From Burkholderiales bacterium (lineage in GTDB: Bacteria > Pseudomonadota > Gammaproteobacteria > Burkholderiales > SG8-39): a stretch of 35,619 nt of DNA. How positions within the stretch are numbered: the stretch's first letter is position 1; each line of letters opens with the position of its first letter. The DNA is taken from assembly GCA_919902965.1 (NCBI GenBank), contig CAKKSJ010000059.1, positions 1 through 35,619 on the forward strand, given 5' to 3'. The position numbers and the translations under genes are program-made. Under the pieces are notes generated by a model. It was not told the DNA's origin. It ran no database searches and saw only the letters and a list, made by a program, of their open reading frames with translations. Shown piece by piece: positions 10,799-18,871 of this stretch.

Positions 10799-11416
10799 AT
10801 GATCGATCTATACACCTGGAAGACGTCCAACGGCCGCAAGGCCTCGATAATGCTGGAGGAGTGCGGCCTGCGCTACAACACGCACCCCATCGACATCGGC
10901 AAAGGCGATCAGTTTACGCCGCAGTTCCTTGCGCTCAATCCGAACGGAAAAATTCCTGCCATTGCCGATTCCGAGGGCCCGGACGGAAAACCCATCGTAT
11001 TGTTCGAATCGGGTGCGATCCTGGTCTATCTCGCCGGCAAAACCGGCAGATTCCTGCCCGCGTCCGACCGCGGCAAGTACCTCGCCTTGCAGTGGCTCAT
11101 GTTCCAGATGGGCGGCGTCGGCCCGATTTTCGGCCAGGTGCACCATTTCCTGCGGGCAGCCAAGGAACAAGTGCCTTACGCAATCGAGCGCTACTCCAGG
11201 GAGAAAGACCGGCTTTACGGCGTGCTCGATAAGCGCCTGGGCGAGGCCGCGTATCTTGCCGGTGAATATTCCATTGCCGATATTGCCACCTATCCCTGGG
11301 TGGCGCGCCACGAGTGGCAAAAAACCGAGCTAGGCGATTTTCCTAATGTCAAACGCTGGTACGACGCCATCAGTGCTCGCCCGGCGGTGCAGCGCGGCAT
11401 GGCGGTTCCGGCCTAG
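10799..11416 (+). CDS. glutathione S-transferase (YfcG/Nu-class-like)
   Basis: The start is set at MIDLYTWKTSNGRK (ATG 10799). GST N- and C-domains are recognisable (NPNGKIPAI, ESGAILVYLA). Confidence 0.85.
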   Translation: MIDLYTWKTSNGRKASIMLEECGLRYNTHPIDIGKGDQFTPQFLALNPNGKIPAIADSEGPDGKPIVLFESGAILVYLAGKTGRFLPASDRGKYLALQWLMFQMGGVGPIFGQVHHFLRAAKEQVPYAIERYSREKDRLYGVLDKRLGEAAYLAGEYSIADIATYPWVARHEWQKTELGDFPNVKRWYDAISARPAVQRGMAVPA

Positions 11417-11428
11417 GCGCGCGCTTCG

Positions 11429-12238
11429 GTGGACGCGTCTTCGGAGTCCGGACTCGAGCAGCAACTCGAAATACTCGAATCCCGCCCGCGTGGACGCGGC
11501 AAGGGGCGGCCGCTGCTGTTCGTGCACGGCGCGTTCGCGGGGGCTTGGTGCTGGTCCCGGCATTTCCTCCCGTATTTCTCCACGCAGGGTTTTCGCGCCT
11601 GTGCCCTGAGCCTGAGCGGACACGGGGGCAGTCCCGGACGCGAGCGGCTGGACTGGCTTTCGATCGCCGATTACGTGCGTGATCTGGAACAGGCGGTCGG
11701 CATCGTCGGTGGTGATCCGGTACTCGTGGGCCATTCTATGGGTGGCTTCGTGGTGCAGAAGTACCTGGAGCGCGCCCGCGCGCCGGCGGCCGTGCTCATG
11801 AGCGCGGTGCCGCCGCAAGGATTGCTCTCGTCCTCTATCGCGCTGGCGTTTTCCAACCCGGGCCTGTTCTCCGACCTGAACGCGATGCTGCATCGCGGCC
11901 GCGCTTCGCTCGACGCCCTGCAACATGCCTTGTTCGCCTCCCCTGTCGCGCCGGAAGAGCTGCGCGCCTATTACCGTCTGATGCAGCCCGAATCGCAACG
12001 CGCCATGTGGGACATGACCTTTTTCGATCTGCCGCGCTTAAAGCGCGAGCGTTGTCCGCCGCTGCTGGTCCTGGGCGCCGAGTGCGACATCCTGGTGCCG
12101 CCGTCGCAGGCCGAACAGCTGGCGCAGGCCTATGGGACGCAGGCAGAGATTTTTGCCGGCATGGGGCATGTCATGATGCTCGAAGTCGGCTGGCAGGCGG
12201 TGGCCGACCGCATTATCGGCTGGCTGCGCGAGCTCTAG
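11429..12238 (+). CDS. alpha/beta-fold hydrolase
   Basis: GTG start. It has the nucleophile elbow GHSMGG, an HGAF oxyanion region and a late His (GMGHVMM). Confidence 0.75.
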   Translation: MDASSESGLEQQLEILESRPRGRGKGRPLLFVHGAFAGAWCWSRHFLPYFSTQGFRACALSLSGHGGSPGRERLDWLSIADYVRDLEQAVGIVGGDPVLVGHSMGGFVVQKYLERARAPAAVLMSAVPPQGLLSSSIALAFSNPGLFSDLNAMLHRGRASLDALQHALFASPVAPEELRAYYRLMQPESQRAMWDMTFFDLPRLKRERCPPLLVLGAECDILVPPSQAEQLAQAYGTQAEIFAGMGHVMMLEVGWQAVADRIIGWLREL

Positions 12239-12278
12239 CTCGATCCGGTCCGGGCCGCTGGCTGAGCCGGCGCCTTCT

Positions 12279-12431
12279 AAGAGCGGGCGCCATGGTTCGA
12301 AGCAGTCCTTGACGTGTGCCGCTGTCGGCGAGAAAACCTTGCGCGCTGGCGCGCGCCAGCCGTGATTTCCGAACGGATGAAAAGCGCATCCGTTCGGAAA
12401 TCACGGTTCTGGTTAACACCAAATACGGCGT
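12279..12431. repeat. 153-bp intergenic repeat unit, copy A, containing a 20-bp perfect stem-loop (12360-12379 / 12387-12406)
   Basis: Near-identical to 12522-12674 by direct comparison. It carries the internal palindrome GCGCGCTGGCGCGCGC and the long hairpin CCGTGATTTCCGAACGGATG-AAAAGCG-CATCCGTTCGGAAATCACGG. Confidence 0.85.
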
Positions 12432-12521
12432 CGGGTTTTAATTGAGATCACCGATCGCGCGCGGATGTGCTTTTCATCCGCACGCAATCGGCGATCGGCG
12501 CGGACGGGACGCCGTCCGCGC

Positions 12522-12674
12522 AAGAGCGGGTGTTACGGTTCGAAGCAGTCCTTGACGTGTGCCGCTGTCGGCGAGAAAACCTTGCGCGCTGGCGCGCGCC
12601 AACCATGATTTCCGGGCGGATGAAAAGCGCATCCGTTCGGAAATCACGGTTCTGGTTAACACCGAATATGGCGT
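12522..12674. repeat. 153-bp intergenic repeat unit, copy B, in direct orientation; its hairpin arm carries several mismatches
   Basis: Direct comparison with copy A. The spacer between the copies (about 12449-12493) holds a third, imperfect hairpin with the same GGATG...CATCC core in inverted orientation. Confidence 0.85.
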
Positions 12675-12677
12675 AGC

Positions 12678-13274
12678 TTAGCGCGGCAGCTGTGCGACAA
12701 AGCTTGCCGCACCGGCAAGCAGCATTTCGACCGCAATCGCGGTGAGCACCAGCCCCATCAGGCGCTCGATCGCAATCACGCCGCGCCTGCTGATCCAGCC
12801 GCTGATGCGCTGAGCGGAAACCATCACCACGGTCGAGACCAGCATGGCAAGACTGAGCGCCGCGACCCAGTCGAGCACGCGCTGCGGCTCGCGCGATACC
12901 AGCAGCAGCACTGTGGCCAGCGCAGACGGGCCGGCGATGGCGGGGATCGCGAGCGGCACGATGAAGGTGCCGGTATCGCCGCTGTCTCCGAAGATGCCCT
13001 CGGCATGCGGAAATACCATGCGCAGCGCGATCAGGAACAGGATCAGTCCGCCGGCGATCGCCAGCGCATTATCCGACAGGCGCAGCAAATGCATGAACTT
13101 GTCGCCGCCGAACATGAATGCGAGCAGTACTGCGTAGGCGATGGCGCATTCGCGCAGCACCACGCGCGTGCGCATCGGTGCCGCGACGTTCTTGAGCACT
13201 GAAATGACCAGCGGCATATTGCCGAACGGGTCCATCACCAGGACCAGCAGTATGGTGGCGGAGATGATATCCAC
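12678..13274 (-). CDS. MarC-family (UPF0056) integral membrane protein
   Basis: ILLVLVMDPFGNMP is the MarC signature N-terminus, followed by multiple TM segments. A GTG at 13274 avoids overlap with the upstream gene, but the ATG at 13313 is an alternative start. Confidence 0.75.
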   Translation of the reverse strand: MDIISATILLVLVMDPFGNMPLVISVLKNVAAPMRTRVVLRECAIAYAVLLAFMFGGDKFMHLLRLSDNALAIAGGLILFLIALRMVFPHAEGIFGDSGDTGTFIVPLAIPAIAGPSALATVLLLVSREPQRVLDWVAALSLAMLVSTVVMVSAQRISGWISRRGVIAIERLMGLVLTAIAVEMLLAGAASFVAQLPR

Positions 13275-13281
13275 GGCGGGG

Positions 13282-14430
13282 CTAGAGTGAAGCGCGCCGG
13301 TCGCCGCTGGCAAAACCGATCAGCGCTGCGGCGTAATCTTTTCCGAAGGCGATGACTTTGAACAACTCCCCCATCTCCGCGGGCGAGAGCAGTTGTTGTG
13401 CCGCCGCCGCCTGCGGCAGATAGGCTGCCGCGTTCTCGGGCGGCGTGCGCAGCATAATGTCGGTAATGCCGCAATTGATCAGAAACTGCGCCTGCCCGGC
13501 GTAGCCGAGCAATTCCAGGCCGGCGACTTGAGCCGCGCGCGCCACTGCGCTGAAATCGATATGGCTGGTGATGTCCTGCAGCCCGGGGAGGAAAAACGGA
13601 TCGGCGTGTGCGCGATGGCGGTAGTGGCACATCAGCGTACCTTCGCTGCGCTGCGGATGGTAGTACTCGTGCGCCGGAAAGCCGTAGTCTATGAGCAGGA
13701 TCACGCCGCGCGCCATCGTCTGGGCGAGTGTGCTCACAAAGGCGCAGGCCTGCAGCTGGATTTCGGTCCGGTAAGAGTGTGGCAGTTGCAGTGCATCGGC
13801 CGCGCAACGCAAGTGCGCGTCCGTCGGCCGCCAGGCCCAGGCAAAAGCCTGATCCTGCAAACTTACCCCGGCCTCTTCCGGGCCGGCAGCACCGCTTCTG
13901 ACCAGATGTGCCGGCATCGCGTCCAGCACCTCGTTGGCGATGATCAGGCCCTGATAAAGCGTCGGCAAGCGGTTGAGCCAGATCACGCGCTCCAGCAGGT
14001 GTGGCACCTGCAGTGCGAGCAGGTCGCGCTCGCGCTCGCGCAGGTCCGGACTGACTTCGAGAATGTAGTAAGCACGTGGCAAACGCTCAAGGCGCTCGAG
14101 CTCGGTCAGCAAGGCGGCGGCAAGCGCACCTGAACCGGCGCCGATTTCCAGGATCTGGTCGAAACCTGAATCCAGCACCTCGGCCGCCTGCTGCGCCAGT
14201 GTCTGGCCAAACAGCGGGGTCATTTCGGGAGCGGTGGTGAAGTCACCCTCGCGCCCGAGCTTTCTCGCGCCTGCGGTGTAATAACCCAGACCGGGCGCGT
14301 ACAGCGCCAACTCCATATAACGCACAAACGGGATCCAGCCGGCATGGGCGGCGATCTCGTCGCGGATCAGCGCGGCGAGCTTTTCGCTGTGCGCCAGTGC
14401 TTCGGCCGGGGGGGTCGGCAGCTCGGTCAT
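13282..14430 (-). CDS. class I SAM-dependent methyltransferase, DUF185 / NDUFAF7-MidA-like
   Basis: The start is set at MTELPTPPAE (cat at 14428-14430). It has FVRYMELALYAPGLGYY, FTTAPE and EIGAGSG motifs. The ORF-track extension to 15294 is antisense to the SDR gene and is rejected. Confidence 0.8.
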   Translation of the reverse strand: MTELPTPPAEALAHSEKLAALIRDEIAAHAGWIPFVRYMELALYAPGLGYYTAGARKLGREGDFTTAPEMTPLFGQTLAQQAAEVLDSGFDQILEIGAGSGALAAALLTELERLERLPRAYYILEVSPDLRERERDLLALQVPHLLERVIWLNRLPTLYQGLIIANEVLDAMPAHLVRSGAAGPEEAGVSLQDQAFAWAWRPTDAHLRCAADALQLPHSYRTEIQLQACAFVSTLAQTMARGVILLIDYGFPAHEYYHPQRSEGTLMCHYRHRAHADPFFLPGLQDITSHIDFSAVARAAQVAGLELLGYAGQAQFLINCGITDIMLRTPPENAAAYLPQAAAAQQLLSPAEMGELFKVIAFGKDYAAALIGFASGDRRASL

Positions 14431-14469
14431 ATGGGGAATAGTGCGCGAATCCGGTAAAATCTTCAAATC

Positions 14470-15219
14470 ATGTCTGCGCCACTGCACAATAAGACCATCC
14501 TCGTCACCGGCGCAGCCAAGCGCGTTGGGGCGGCGATTGCGCGGCGGCTGCATCAGGCCGGCGCCAGCCTGGCAATGCACTACCATGCGTCGGAACGCGA
14601 AGCGCACGCCCTGCAATCCGAACTCAACTTGCAGCGTGCCAAGTCGGTGATCCTGGTCAAGGCCGATTTGCTGGAAACCGCCGGTCTCGCAGAAATCGTG
14701 AAAACCTGCGTAGAACACTTTGGTGCCCTGGATGCGCTGGTCAACAACGCTTCGGCATTCTACCCCACGCCCGTGGGGACGATAGACGGGCGCAACTGGG
14801 ACGAACTTATGGGCACCAATCTGAAGGCGCCCTTGTTCTTGTGCCAGGCGGCAGCGCCGCATTTGAAAAGAAACACCGGCTGCATAGTCAACATCACCGA
14901 CATCCACGCCGAGAGGCCGCTGAAAAACTATGTGGTCTACAGCATCGCCAAGGCCGGGTTTGCCGGCCTCACACGGTCGCTCGCGCGCGAGCTGGGGCCG
15001 GAGGTGCGCGTGAACGGCGTCGCACCCGGGCCGATCGCCTGGCCCGAAGACGGGTCCTTCGATGAGGTAACGCGCCAGCGCGTGATCTCGCATACCCTGT
15101 TGAAGCGCATCGGCGAGCCCGACGATGTTGCCCGTGCGGTGTACTACCTGATCGCCGAAGCGCCCTACGTTACCGGGCAGATCATCGCGGTCGATGGCGG
15201 CAGGAGCGTCAACCTTTGA
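14470..15219 (+). CDS. pteridine reductase-like short-chain dehydrogenase
   Basis: TGAAKRVG cofactor motif, NNAS, and YxxxK (YSIAKAG). It is divergently paired with the DUF185 gene. Confidence 0.75.
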   Translation: MSAPLHNKTILVTGAAKRVGAAIARRLHQAGASLAMHYHASEREAHALQSELNLQRAKSVILVKADLLETAGLAEIVKTCVEHFGALDALVNNASAFYPTPVGTIDGRNWDELMGTNLKAPLFLCQAAAPHLKRNTGCIVNITDIHAERPLKNYVVYSIAKAGFAGLTRSLARELGPEVRVNGVAPGPIAWPEDGSFDEVTRQRVISHTLLKRIGEPDDVARAVYYLIAEAPYVTGQIIAVDGGRSVNL

Positions 15220-15247
15220 GCGATGATCTGGACCGATTTGGGGGATT

Positions 15248-15271
15248 AACAAGGGGGCGTGCCCCCTTGTT
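15248..15271 (+). terminator. GC-rich hairpin AACAAGGGGG-CGTG-CCCCCTTGTT downstream of the SDR stop
   Basis: 10-bp perfect stem read from the sequence. There is no clean T-run after the stem, so terminator function is uncertain. Confidence 0.35.
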
Positions 15272-15283
15272 CGTCGATCCTGC

Positions 15284-15328
15284 GGGCAGATCATCGCGGT
15301 CGATGGCGGGCGCAGCGTGAACCTCTGA
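15284..15328 (+). repeat. orphan duplicate of the last 14 codons plus stop of the SDR gene (copy of 15175-15219)
   Basis: Both copies translate to GQIIAVDGGRSVNL*. The only differences are at synonymous codons (ggc/ggg, agg/cgc, gtc/gtg, ctt/ctc). Confidence 0.85.
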
Positions 15329-15376
15329 TTGACAGCCTAGACGCTACCCCGCAGGCTGTCGCAACGTGGATGACCG

Positions 15377-16261
15377 ATGCAACTAAACTGGCCATATGAA
15401 GCTGCGACGCCGCCGCGGGCAGGCATCGCCCGGTTTACCCAGCCGGAATCGAATATCTGCCTCGATTTTCACGGCGACCCGCGGGCGGCGCGGCTCGTCG
15501 TGTTCTCAGACGGCAATCATCACATGGCGCTGGCTGAGTCGCTGGCGCTGTTTCGCGCGCGGTATCCGGCGGTCGACGACATTTTCTATACCACCACCCC
15601 GCCGCGCGTGATTGTGGAGGCGTTCGCGTCGGGCGCGCTGTTGCTGGGCAATCTCAAATTGTCACTTGCTCCGCATGTGTTCATCAGCCCGGCGCCGGTA
15701 CTTGAGCGCCTGCGCAAAGACGGTCGCCTGCGCGAGCATGTGCCATTCGTGACCAGCCGCGGCAGCGTGATGTTGCTGCGCAAAGGCAATCCAAAGCGCA
15801 TTTTGGACGCCGCCGATCTTGTGCGCGAGGATGTGCGCATCTTTCTTTCCAACCCGGTGAACGAAAGCGTGAGTTTCGAGGCGTATGTGGCGACGCTGCG
15901 CGCCATCGCAGCCAGCCGCGGGCTCGACTACGGATTTATCGACCCGGCGCCGGGCTCATCGAGGCGCGTGGTGTATGGCGACTGTATCCACCATCGCGAG
16001 GCACCGCAATGCCTGGTCGACGACCGCGCCGATGTAGCGATCGTCTATTATCACCTCGCGTTGCGCTATGTCCGAATATTTCCGGAGTTGTTTGATTTCA
16101 TCGCGTTGACCACCGACGGCGATCCGGCTCAGGTCGTCAGCCCTGCCCACCTGGGACTGGTCGGTGACGGTGGGGAGTGGGGCGTGCGTCTGAGCGAATT
16201 CCTGCTTGGCGACGAGGTTGCCGCGGTGTACCGGTACCACGGCCTCGACCCTGTCCGCTAG
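15377..16261 (+). CDS. periplasmic-binding-protein-fold (ModA/anion-binding-like) protein without a signal peptide
   Basis: 294-aa ORF. LVVFSDGNHH...FISPAP...ADVAIVYYHLA resembles the layout of type II PBP (molybdate/sulfate-binding) proteins. No hydrophobic leader is present. The functional call is weak. Confidence 0.5.
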   Translation: MQLNWPYEAATPPRAGIARFTQPESNICLDFHGDPRAARLVVFSDGNHHMALAESLALFRARYPAVDDIFYTTTPPRVIVEAFASGALLLGNLKLSLAPHVFISPAPVLERLRKDGRLREHVPFVTSRGSVMLLRKGNPKRILDAADLVREDVRIFLSNPVNESVSFEAYVATLRAIAASRGLDYGFIDPAPGSSRRVVYGDCIHHREAPQCLVDDRADVAIVYYHLALRYVRIFPELFDFIALTTDGDPAQVVSPAHLGLVGDGGEWGVRLSEFLLGDEVAAVYRYHGLDPVR

Positions 16262-16299
16262 AACGCGTGCAAGGGCAGCGACGCGCGCCACCGCCCCTG

Positions 16300-18720
16300 C
16301 TATTTCTTGAACTCGATGAACATCGCCGAGGTCCAGACTTTCGCATCGTCCGTCTGGCGGCCGTAGAAGTAAACCGGCCGGAAGCCGTGAGGGCCGTTGC
16401 GCGGCTCGATTTCGAGCGTGCCCGTGACTTCGCGCGGCGTCGGAGCAGCGGCGATCCGCTCTATCGAAACAAAGAGTTCGCAGCCGCCGAGTTCCAGGCG
16501 CAGCCTGCCCTGGCTGGCGAGCAGTTCCGCGCCGCTCACCTCCCAGTCGAAGCTCGGGCAGTGCACGAAGGGATTGCCGGCGGTCGGATCACCGACCTTG
16601 ACGTAGCTGTCGATGCGACCCGCGACACGGATGCGGCAGCGCGCGAGATTGCTGATATCGACCACCACAGAATCCGAGTCGCCGTAGGTGTCGGTGCGAA
16701 AGCCGATGTCGGTCGGCCCGGCGCGCCAGCACGATTCTTCCGGATGCTCGAAACCGCCGCCGGCGAATGCGTTGATGGTGCCGTTGATGACGCTGACCTT
16801 GCCGCGCCATTCGGCCCAGCGATAGCGGTCGGGGATGCGCGCCCCGCCCCAGCGTATGCGGACTTTACGCGCGCAGAAGCCGGTTTCCTTCTGCAAGTCG
16901 CGATGCCAGATCATGCCGCTGTGGTCGTAGGCCGCGATTTCGTCCCAGCCTTGAAGCCCGAGGAAGCGATAGTCGATTTTCGCCGCAGCTTTCATGGTGA
17001 ACGCGTCGCCCTGAAGGTGCTTGCCGCAGCGGGCGAGGCCGACCAGGCGCTCGCCGCTGGCAGCGAAGGTATGGCGCGCACGCAGCGCGCGCCCCACGGT
17101 GCGGCGGTCGAGCCGGTCGGCGATGATGCCGGTGATGCCGCCCTTGGTGCCGAACACCTGCGTTCCAGGCAGACCGCCGCCGGGGCGGCCGCGGTGCTCG
17201 TCACCGCTGGCCGAGGCGCCGAGCTTGTAGCCGCGCGCGATCACGTCCTGGTAGAGCCAGCCGAAGTGGCCCCAGGCCGAGGTGATCTCGATCAGGCGCT
17301 CCAGTTCGGGGTGGTGCCAGTCCGGGATACAGCGGCGGCCGCCGACGTGCGGCATGATCAGATGGTTCTCGGGATCGTCTATATAGGCGAGCCACAACTC
17401 CTCGATCGGCCAGCGGCCGAGGTCGACCCCGCTGCCCTTCATGTCCTCGTTCCAGGTGAAAGTGCGGTTGTGCTCGCCTTTGGCGTTATACGGGAAGTCG
17501 GGCGTGTCGTCGCCGAGGAACACCACGTTGTGGTCGCCGCCGGCGGTGGAGCTGCCGCACCATTCCTGCACCGGATAGCAGACGAACTCGCCGTCCTTGT
17601 GCAGGGTATGCATGGTCTTCACGCCTAGCTCCCAGTTGGCGTCGGTGATCTGAAAATCATTGGCGGTGTAAGCCATGACGTCCAGACCCGCGATGTCGCG
17701 CCCGTAGCGCGTGTTGTAGTCCGGGCTGTTGGTGCCGACGGTGTCGTGCGCATGAACGTGCAAGTCGCCATAGAATATGCGTGCGCAGGGCGCGTTCTTG
17801 TCCACCGTGACGTAATGCACTGCGCGCAGAACATCCAGCGTACCCGGCATGGCGGCCGTCACCGTCAGTTCGCCGGGCTCGCAGGGCAAATCCCCGATCG
17901 CCGTGGTGGCCCAGCCAGCGGCGTCGAACTCGGCCGCGCCGCGGTAGACTTCCTTGCCCCCGCGCTCTGCCACGATCTCGACTTTGCCGCCGCAGTCGGC
18001 GCAAGCATTGCCCCAGCGGTCGTGCGCGGACAGCCGCAGCTTGATCGGCGTACCCGGCCGCACCAGGCGCGGGCCCATCAGGGACAGGTTTTCGATCGGG
18101 CCGGGGACGATGTCGATCACCACATCGCCGGGCACGGCGACGAAGCGTGAAGTGCCCAAGGGATCGACGTAACAGCGAAAGCGGAACTTGTCTTCGACGA
18201 ATGTCTGGATGCGCGTTCCGGGACCGCCGGCGCGCCGGTCGCCAAGCCGGATGACAATGTGATCGCCGGCATTGAGGTAGCCGTCGACGGTGTCGACGAT
18301 GACGGCTTTCTGAAACGGCCGCTCGTGGCCTTTCTGGTCGAAGCGCACTTTGAGCGACTGCACGCTCGCCGGGCTCTGGCCCGCGACTAGCGCGCCGGCG
18401 TGGTATTCCGCGGAAACGTAGTTCGCGCCGGCCGGATCGACGGTCTGAAACAGCGCCCAGTCCGAGTAGAACTTGAACGTTGCCTTGAACCACGCCCCGT
18501 CGGCCACGCCCGAAGCGCCGATTTCGTAGTCTAGGACAATCTCGGTCCATTGTCCGGCGACCAAGCGCTCGACATTGCAGGTCACCTTGCCGACAAAGGG
18601 CCTCGCCTTGTCCCGGTCGTACAGGCCCGGCGGCGCGACGTAGCGGCCGAGCCGCTTGCGCAGTTCTTTCTCGGTGAGGGCTTGCTTGGCCGTCTGGTGG
18701 AGGTCAGTCATCTTGTTCAC
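16300..18720 (-). CDS. large PHP/CehA-McbA-like metal-dependent hydrolase with an N-terminal beta-sandwich region; function unknown
   Basis: 806-aa ORF with metal-ligand-like motifs FYGDLHVHAHD, GGDHNVVF, MPHVGG and SGDEHRG. The GTG start has AAGGAG 8 nt upstream. There is no signal peptide. Confidence 0.6.
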   Translation of the reverse strand: MNKMTDLHQTAKQALTEKELRKRLGRYVAPPGLYDRDKARPFVGKVTCNVERLVAGQWTEIVLDYEIGASGVADGAWFKATFKFYSDWALFQTVDPAGANYVSAEYHAGALVAGQSPASVQSLKVRFDQKGHERPFQKAVIVDTVDGYLNAGDHIVIRLGDRRAGGPGTRIQTFVEDKFRFRCYVDPLGTSRFVAVPGDVVIDIVPGPIENLSLMGPRLVRPGTPIKLRLSAHDRWGNACADCGGKVEIVAERGGKEVYRGAAEFDAAGWATTAIGDLPCEPGELTVTAAMPGTLDVLRAVHYVTVDKNAPCARIFYGDLHVHAHDTVGTNSPDYNTRYGRDIAGLDVMAYTANDFQITDANWELGVKTMHTLHKDGEFVCYPVQEWCGSSTAGGDHNVVFLGDDTPDFPYNAKGEHNRTFTWNEDMKGSGVDLGRWPIEELWLAYIDDPENHLIMPHVGGRRCIPDWHHPELERLIEITSAWGHFGWLYQDVIARGYKLGASASGDEHRGRPGGGLPGTQVFGTKGGITGIIADRLDRRTVGRALRARHTFAASGERLVGLARCGKHLQGDAFTMKAAAKIDYRFLGLQGWDEIAAYDHSGMIWHRDLQKETGFCARKVRIRWGGARIPDRYRWAEWRGKVSVINGTINAFAGGGFEHPEESCWRAGPTDIGFRTDTYGDSDSVVVDISNLARCRIRVAGRIDSYVKVGDPTAGNPFVHCPSFDWEVSGAELLASQGRLRLELGGCELFVSIERIAAAPTPREVTGTLEIEPRNGPHGFRPVYFYGRQTDDAKVWTSAMFIEFKK

Positions 18721-18751
18721 CTGTGATGCTCCTTATTCGTCGCTCGATAAA

Positions 18752-18790
18752 CCGTGACCGCCGGAGGCAGCCGTCCTCCGGCGGTCACGG
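18752..18790. other. 16-bp perfect stem-loop CCGTGACCGCCGGAGG-CAGCCGT-CCTCCGGCGGTCACGG in a divergent intergenic region
   Basis: Read directly from the sequence. It is flanked by AAA on the left and CTTT on the right. Confidence 0.7.
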
Positions 18791-18847
18791 CTTTACACCG
18801 CTGGCAGCGCTCGGCTACCATTCCAGCAGAGTTTCCACAGGATTGTC

Positions 18848-18863
18848 TGTCAGCCAGCTGACA
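18848..18863. promoter_or_regulatory. palindrome TGTCAGC-CA-GCTGACA ending 8 nt before the first crp-family gene
   Basis: 7+7 inverted repeat read from the sequence. A role as an operator is inference. Confidence 0.25.
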
Positions 18864-18871
18864 TCGCCTCC

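Noticed and set aside
12279-12674. Possible CRISPR array or tRNA-like elements (a GGTTCGAA string occurs in each repeat; a similar AGTTCGAAC lies at about 28841).
   Set aside because: There are only two long (153-bp) units with a single large spacer, and no short regular repeat-spacer periodicity. The GGTTCGAA strings lack complementary T-stem flanks, an acceptor stem or a CCA context.
14431-15294. N-terminal 288 codons of the 670-aa ORF at 13282..15294.
   Set aside because: This part is antisense to the SDR gene and has no homology signal. The DUF185 methyltransferase begins at the internal Met at 14430.
16177-17628. 483-aa plus-strand ORF antisense to the 806-aa hydrolase gene.
   Set aside because: It has Ala/Arg/Gly-rich composition, no motifs and no RBS. 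It is a shadow of the strongly supported minus-strand gene.
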